From: Phycisphaerales bacterium
Lineage (GTDB): Bacteria; Planctomycetota; Phycisphaerae; Phycisphaerales; UBA1924
Direction: 5' to 3'
Assembly: GCA_046593245.1 (NCBI GenBank)
Contig: JBKJOD010000303.1
Coordinates: forward strand, 1-43,856
DNA length: 43,856 nt
Shown: positions 41,671 through 43,856 of the stretch, in pieces
How positions within the stretch are numbered: the stretch's first letter is position 1
How the letters are laid out: the number at the start of each line of letters is the position of its first letter
The notes under the pieces: generated by a model
The model's input: only the letters and a program-made list of their open reading frames with translations
Told to the model about the DNA's origin: nothing
Database searches by the model: none
Translations under genes and position numbers: made by a program

Positions 41671-42651
41671 TCAAGCCGCCCGGGCAAGTTGGGCCGTCTG
41701 CCCCTGTTGCACCCGCTGGGCATACCGAGTGAACAGGTCCACAACAAACTGTTTGTGGCTCGTATTGTGCGTGAAATCAAAGGCCAACCCGGCATAGAGA
41801 TTGTGCCCGGAATCAATATGCGTGTGTGCCAGCCGCACCGTCACTCCGACCGGGGCGGAAATCTCCGGGCGCAGGTCCACTCGCAGCCACATAAACGGCC
41901 GACTGCTCAGTGCCCGCCCCTCTTCCGGGCGAAGCATGAGCCCAAGGCCGCCCCCAGAAATGTTCAGCAGGTGTGCCTTGAACATCGGCCCGACCTCCGG
42001 CAGCAGGATCGAGTCCGGGTCTTCCAGTTCATATCCGGAGATTCCGCCGCACTCGTTCAGGTCATTGATCTGGGCCCGATTGGACGCCTCCGCTGCGATC
42101 ACCGTCGTCGGGTCCAGCAGCGGCCAGCACTGCACCGTTGGTAGCCGCAGGTCCACCGTCGAGATTCTGAAGAAGTCGCGCCGCGTGCACCGCTCCACGA
42201 TGTCCGGCATCTTCAGAACCAGCAGCCGCCCGGATGCGCCCGCCGCCTGGGTGTGCCCCATCGTGATCGTGTGGAACATCCACCGGTTCTGACCAATGGT
42301 CATCGCCGCGATCAGCCGAACGTTCGGGGAGAGTGGGATGGTCGCCCCGCACGCCGCGGGTGGCTCAACAACAATCGCGTCATCGCGCATGTGCACAATC
42401 TTCACGCGCCACGCCAGGTCCACCCCGCGCGCCTGCGAGTCCAGGGTCTGCCCGCGATCAACGGTAATCTCCAGCGCGCCGCCGCGCTCGTAAACCTTGC
42501 GAAGACAGTCACGCCAGTGATCAGTGCGGGAGCGTGATGCGGCCACGGTGTATCTCGCGATGAAAGGAAGGATTGCCCAGCGCGGACCCGCGTTGGTGCG
42601 TGCAAGAGGGATCGACCCCGAAGGTGGGGGGCTTTCGTACCTCTCGTGCAT
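41671..42651 (-). CDS. YcgR-like c-di-GMP-binding PilZ domain protein
   Basis: RRDFFR (RxxxR motif) and NISGGGLGL (D/NxSxxG motif) are both intact. The N-terminal half resembles a PilZN/YcgR N-domain beta-barrel. Confidence 0.8.
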   Translation of the reverse strand: MHERYESPPPSGSIPLARTNAGPRWAILPFIARYTVAASRSRTDHWRDCLRKVYERGGALEITVDRGQTLDSQARGVDLAWRVKIVHMRDDAIVVEPPAACGATIPLSPNVRLIAAMTIGQNRWMFHTITMGHTQAAGASGRLLVLKMPDIVERCTRRDFFRISTVDLRLPTVQCWPLLDPTTVIAAEASNRAQINDLNECGGISGYELEDPDSILLPEVGPMFKAHLLNISGGGLGLMLRPEEGRALSSRPFMWLRVDLRPEISAPVGVTVRLAHTHIDSGHNLYAGLAFDFTHNTSHKQFVVDLFTRYAQRVQQGQTAQLARAA

Positions 42652-42766
42652 CGCCCATGCAACAGTGCCGCGTGGAACGGCTATGCCGTGCGGAGCGAAC
42701 GCGCGGCGGCTTATCAGACATCCCGCACCCGAACCAAGCCGAATCGCACCCGATGCCCGAGTATTT

Positions 42767-43856
42767 TCACCGACGCCCGTCGGTTTCCTTCAATACCGCT
42801 TCAAGCCGCTGCACCTGCGCCGTCACCGTGGCCATCTCCTTCGAGTCCAGCGACCTCCCGCCAAAGTGGGACCGATAGAACGCGGCCGCAATTGATCGCA
42901 GCGTTGCCGCCGCCTCTGGGGAGCGGGCTTCCAGCGCATCGGCAAACTGTCCCGGCGGCGTCTGGTCCGGCTTGGGCACCCCAGCCCGTTCCAGCGCCTT
43001 CAGGGTCCTCGCATAAAACCCTGTCGCGCGGAACGGCGTGATCCCATACGAAGCACGCGCCGAGATATGCCGCCTCGTACCCATCCACAGTTTCAACTTC
43101 GACCGGCTCGCCACCCACATGCCCACGATCAGCAACAGCATGACCGGCGAGTATTTCACCCACCAAGGAATCAGTTTCGGATCCGATCGTACCGTTTTGA
43201 TCCACGACACGAGCCGATCCGCCGCCGCATCAAATCGGCGCACAAACGCGGAGTCCGGCAACACCCTGGGCGTCTGTGTCCGCTGCTTCGAGTTGTCATA
43301 TCCGATCACCGACGAGGACCAGCCGAACTCTATCGTGTCATACCACCGGCGCAGACTCGCCAGGATGCCCCCCGCCGGCCGGTGGATGCGATCGATATCG
43401 CCCGGCGGAGACGCATCAAATGTCTCCCATCGCCCCTCACCGGTGTCCGCATCCGAGACAATGAACGCCTCCACCCACGCGTGCGCGTTCGACTCGCGCA
43501 CCAGATACTGCCCCGTCAAGGTGTTGTACTCCGTCGCCAGATACCCCGTGATCACGCGGCACGGAATCCCCTGCGACTGGCACATCGCCGCCATCGCGCT
43601 CGCGAAATACTCGCAGTGCCCCTTCCTTCGATCAAACAGGAAAAACTCGATTGGGTCCTGCTCCCCCGGCGGCGCGACCATCTCGAGCGTGTATGAGTAA
43701 CTCGTCCGCAGGTGATCGCGGATCGCCGTCACCATCTGTCGAGATGTCGCCGGTCCGGCAACCACGCCCCGCTGTGCAAGCACGCTCGATGCCAGATCGT
43801 GTATCCGCCCTTCCCGAAAATCCGTCGTCGTTCGCGGAGCCCAGCTCATCTCATCC
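42767..43856 (-). CDS. transglutaminase-like protein (TgpA-like), 5'-truncated by the window edge
   Basis: Catalytic core GHCEYFASAMAAMCQSQGIPCRVITGY ... NAHAWVEAF, followed by a TM helix and a DUF4129-like tail. The frame stays open upstream of the Met at 43849 to the window end, so the N-terminus is probably missing. Confidence 0.85.
   Translation of the reverse strand, partial: DEMSWAPRTTTDFREGRIHDLASSVLAQRGVVAGPATSRQMVTAIRDHLRTSYSYTLEMVAPPGEQDPIEFFLFDRRKGHCEYFASAMAAMCQSQGIPCRVITGYLATEYNTLTGQYLVRESNAHAWVEAFIVSDADTGEGRWETFDASPPGDIDRIHRPAGGILASLRRWYDTIEFGWSSSVIGYDNSKQRTQTPRVLPDSAFVRRFDAAADRLVSWIKTVRSDPKLIPWWVKYSPVMLLLIVGMWVASRSKLKLWMGTRRHISARASYGITPFRATGFYARTLKALERAGVPKPDQTPPGQFADALEARSPEAAATLRSIAAAFYRSHFGGRSLDSKEMATVTAQVQRLEAVLKETDGRR

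Overview
High-GC chromosomal segment (by eye well above 60% GC). It looks like a PVC-superphylum genome, most likely planctomycete or Phycisphaerae-like. That placement is an inference from the PEP-CTERM, GC-dockerin-like and 'LESRQLLA' surface proteins and from characteristic intergenic hairpins. Left to right the window holds: a small Cys-rich ORF; an ethylene-receptor-like (ETR1-type) membrane sensor; three secreted or surface proteins carrying three different sorting tags; housekeeping genes (SAM methyltransferase, transaldolase, LpxI); a co-directional block of uncharacterised envelope proteins (lipoprotein, RDD membrane protein, 987-aa membrane-anchored TPR protein); a FlgN-like chaperone, a sensor-less histidine kinase and a sigma54-dependent response regulator; and a 13-kb flagellar core cluster flgB-flgC-fliE-fliF-fliG-fliH-fliI-fliJ-(ylxF-like)-fliK-flgD-(flagellar operon protein)-flgE. 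After that come fumC, an atypical chemoreceptor, an adenosine-deaminase-family protein, two membrane proteins, RNase Y, a YcgR-like PilZ protein and a 5'-truncated transglutaminase. I recognised no rRNA, tRNA, CRISPR, transposase, phage or defence genes, and I do not see a clear-cut new multi-gene system. The most interesting signals are: (1) purine-rich octamer repeats and a matching pyrimidine-rich inverted copy in the flagellar intercistronic spacers; (2) two families of dispersed intergenic repeats; (3) an ETR1-like ethylene/Cu-binding domain with all key residues intact; (4) a terminus-type G/C strand-composition switch that falls inside the flagellar cluster; (5) an uncharacterised envelope gene block directly upstream of the flagellar regulators. 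All coordinates and counts come from hand inspection. Start codons are the least certain part of the gene calls.
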